From assembly GCA_000182565.2 (NCBI GenBank), contig KQ257451.1: DNA of 64,000 nt, one strand, 5' to 3'. This DNA comes from Spizellomyces punctatus DAOM BR117 (lineage: Eukaryota). Position 1 is the stretch's first letter. The number at the start of each line of letters is the position of its first letter. The notes beneath the pieces were generated by a model. That model saw only the letters and a list, made by a program, of their open reading frames with translations, was not told the DNA's origin and searched no databases. Made by a program: the position numbers and the translations under genes. Positions 61,101 through 64,000 of this stretch are shown one piece after another.

Positions 61101-63822
61101 GAGGGGGCAGATCAAACGTTCGTTCAGGTTGGTACACCTTGTGGTGCCGTTTGAGGGCAGATTGAGTTCACCCACAACGACTATGGAAATTGCAGAAATT
61201 GGATATGGCTTGTTCTCAAATAAGGTGTGTATTGCTGAAGCGTTCGGCACTGGTAAATGGCATTATCTGAGAGTGAGTACAGCATTATCAAGGGATGCAG
61301 ACGCAATTTGTTATTCGTAAGTAGCCGCGGTACTTCAATTGTTAATCATTGCGTTGATGCCTTGGTTGTACTGTAGAGCATTATGCTGGTGCTGTGACAT
61401 ACGACTGTGACGGTTTCACAGAGGCAAACAAAGATACTCTGTTTAAGGACCTAATCTCTCTTATGCAAACGACAAGCAAGTACGTCCGGATATGGGCAGC
61501 AGATGGCGACGGATGCTAATGTGTGGTATCAGTCCTTTTATTTTCAATCTCTTCCCAGAAGAAGTGGACGAGACCGATAGAAGGCGACCAACCACTGTAT
61601 CTCACAAGATCAAAGTAAGGGCTTGACTAATCCAGCTGACCCGATTGAAGTTGGATTTATATATTAATCTTCGTCATAGAACCAAAGCCAAGAGCTAGTG
61701 GAGACTCTGATGCGGTGTACACCTTCATATGTCAGGTATCGTTTGATTCTTTTCGCGCGTACAATACAATTGTGAGATTTCTAATAGTTCTATAAAAGGT
61801 GTATCAAACCCAATGAGACGAAGCGGCCGAAGGACTGGGATGGCAAAAGGTGACACACGTGGTGGGCCGTAATCCACAGCTGCCTTCCTCGCTCACATAC
61901 TAGGCCGATATTTCCAGAGTTGAACACCAAGTCCGATATCTTAATTTGAAGGAAAATATAAGGGTGCGGCGTGCAGGTTATGCCTACAGGAATACATTCG
62001 AGAAATTCCTCAGAAGGTAAATACTTGTTGGCATATATGTTTGATGAAAGAACGTCCCGCTCACTCCCTCATAGATTTGCAATTCTGACGAAGGAAACCT
62101 TTCCGGTCTGGCACGGTCGCACGGAGGATGGTATTAAGGTGATAATGCAATCGGTCCATATGGAGCCTTCAGAGTGGCAATTGGGTGTTTCGAAAATCTT
62201 CATCAAGTCGCCCGAATCTCTATTTCTGTTGGAGGAGCAACGCGACCGGAAGTATCACGGATATGCTAAAGTAATTCAAAGAGCATACCGGCGCTGGAAG
62301 AGCCGAAAGTATTTCTTGGAGCTGCGGAAGAAGGCCGCTGATGTGATGTACAACAACAAAGAGCGAAAGCGGTTCAGTGTAAACAGGGAGTTTTTGGGGG
62401 ACTACGTTAACTACCTGGACAATCCGATCCTGAAGAATCTTGTTGGTGTGTTAGCGATCTCTCCCAAAATTCAACTGCCTTTATCCCTGCGACGTTAATG
62501 TTGGAAACGATTTTACAGGAAAGCAAGAGAAGGTGTTCTTTGCGGACATTGTCACTAAATATGATCGGAAGTTCAAAGCCGCTCAACGGGAATTGCTCAT
62601 AACGGAAACCAGCTTAATAATGATTGGAACTGAGAAAGAAAAGAGCGGGCCGAACAAGGGCAAGCTAGTGAAAGCCGTAAAGCGGAAGATTCCTCTAAAC
62701 GATGTCCAGTCAGTATCCTTGTCAACCAAACCAGACGACATCTTTGTACTTCATGTGCCGTCTGAGTACGACAATGTGCTGGAGAACATCTTCAAGACAG
62801 AACTGATAACTGTGCTTAGGTGAAGTCAAGTCGAGTTCGCATAAGTAATGGGAAGGGATTAACATCTATTTATCAAAGTGAGAAATACGAGTTAGCGGTT
62901 GGTCGAAAGCTGCCCATAGTCTTCTCAGACAGGTAGGGTGAAGAGTCTTGGGACGCGATGCAAAATATCTGAACGACGTTTTACAGTATCAAATATTCCG
63001 TAAAGAAAACGACATGGCAGAGCGGCGGCCAGCATGAGATCCGTTTTGTGACAGACGCCTCTGTTAAGGCACCACTGATTAGAAATTCAGGAAAAGTCAC
63101 GGAAGTCCGAGTTGCCAACGGTCTTCCCAAGGATTCGCGACCAAATGCGGGTACAGTCGCACAAACGGGAAGAGTCGGCGGTGTCGGAGGTTACGGACGG
63201 GGAGGTGCCACACCAGCAAGTGGCTACGCAGCTGGTGGTGCGGGGCGAGCACAAAACAATTTCTTTGGGGCCTCATCAATAGGGGGTGGTGCTGGGTCAA
63301 GACCAACGGGAGGCGGATTGGGGGGCGTTCCTTTACCTCAAGGCATGGGATCGGCCACAAATCTGGCAGCCAAGAAGCGACCTCCTCCCCCGCCGCCTGC
63401 GAAAAAACTGCCGACCTGTCGGGCTTTATATGTGAGTAACAGAATTCGCACTGTTTATCAGCATCTGCTTATTTTGTGTCTCGGAACTCTTAGGACTACG
63501 AAGCTCAGGAAGCTGGTAAGCATGTAGAGCCACCGGGTGCCGTAAGTTTTAGCTTACACTATATCTGTGTCTAGATGAGTTGACGTTCAGAGCCGGAGAT
63601 GTTATAACTATTGTGTCAAAAGGTAAGCGGTTGGATTCTTGGTGCAACACGTCCACATAGCTGAGTAGTCACATCCTTTAACAGATGACGAAGGATGGTG
63701 GCAAGGGAGCGTTAGTGGAAGGAAAGGGTTGTTTCCCGCAAACGTGAGTCTGCAATTCGTTCACTTGATCCAGCGTCTCCATGTAACACTAGACTCCTCT
63801 GCAGTATACTGAGCCAATGTAG
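58173..63822 (+). CDS. MYO1: Long-tailed class I myosin (motor, IQ, TH1, Gly/Pro-rich TH2, terminal SH3) with many micro-exons
   Basis: [66 protein letters not shown]1 [15 protein letters not shown]3 CRALY..GWWQG..GLFPAN|YTEPM*. Confidence 0.95.
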
Positions 63823-64000
63823 ATGACGATGACTGTATGTGGGCACATTTTGTTCCCTAGTATATAAGGACAAAATTAAAATAGAAATGGCATCGCTGTC
63901 GCCGTATTTTTGGTTTATTGAGTATGAAAGCTATCCTTTTGACTCTTGCTTTTTTGCGTCCTCATTTATATCAACGTCCTCCCAGTCATGTTCTTGAGAT

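Noticed and set aside
1-64000. Transposase, reverse transcriptase, Fanzor/TnpB, rRNA, tRNA or U12-type introns
   Set aside because: No diagnostic motifs seen by eye. Degenerate copies cannot be excluded without HMM searches.

Overview
Gene-dense, intron-rich eukaryotic DNA with short GT-AG introns. The flagellar/basal-body genes (GAS8/DRC4, EFCAB2/DRC8, Chibby, CEP295-like) together with fungal-type housekeeping genes point to a zoosporic (chytrid-like) fungus; this is inferred. About 31 protein-coding genes are supportable, most arranged as head-to-head pairs. CDS coordinates are gene spans including introns, assembled by eye. The standout is a ~1 kb + strand locus at 9.8-10.8 kb. It has a small acidic/Arg-rich orphan ORF followed by two tandem U1-complementary sites inside a stem, three 41-nt structured repeats separated by ~40-nt linkers, a hairpin, a complete P1-type twister ribozyme (10543-10619) and a further long stem-loop. 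Other notable items: a Slo/BK-like channel whose K+ filter reads TSGLST instead of TVGYGD, SNAPC3 and SNAPC4 as a divergent gene pair, a TPP1/Est3-like OB-fold gene near STN1, and an intronless gene resembling the MTHFR regulatory domain.
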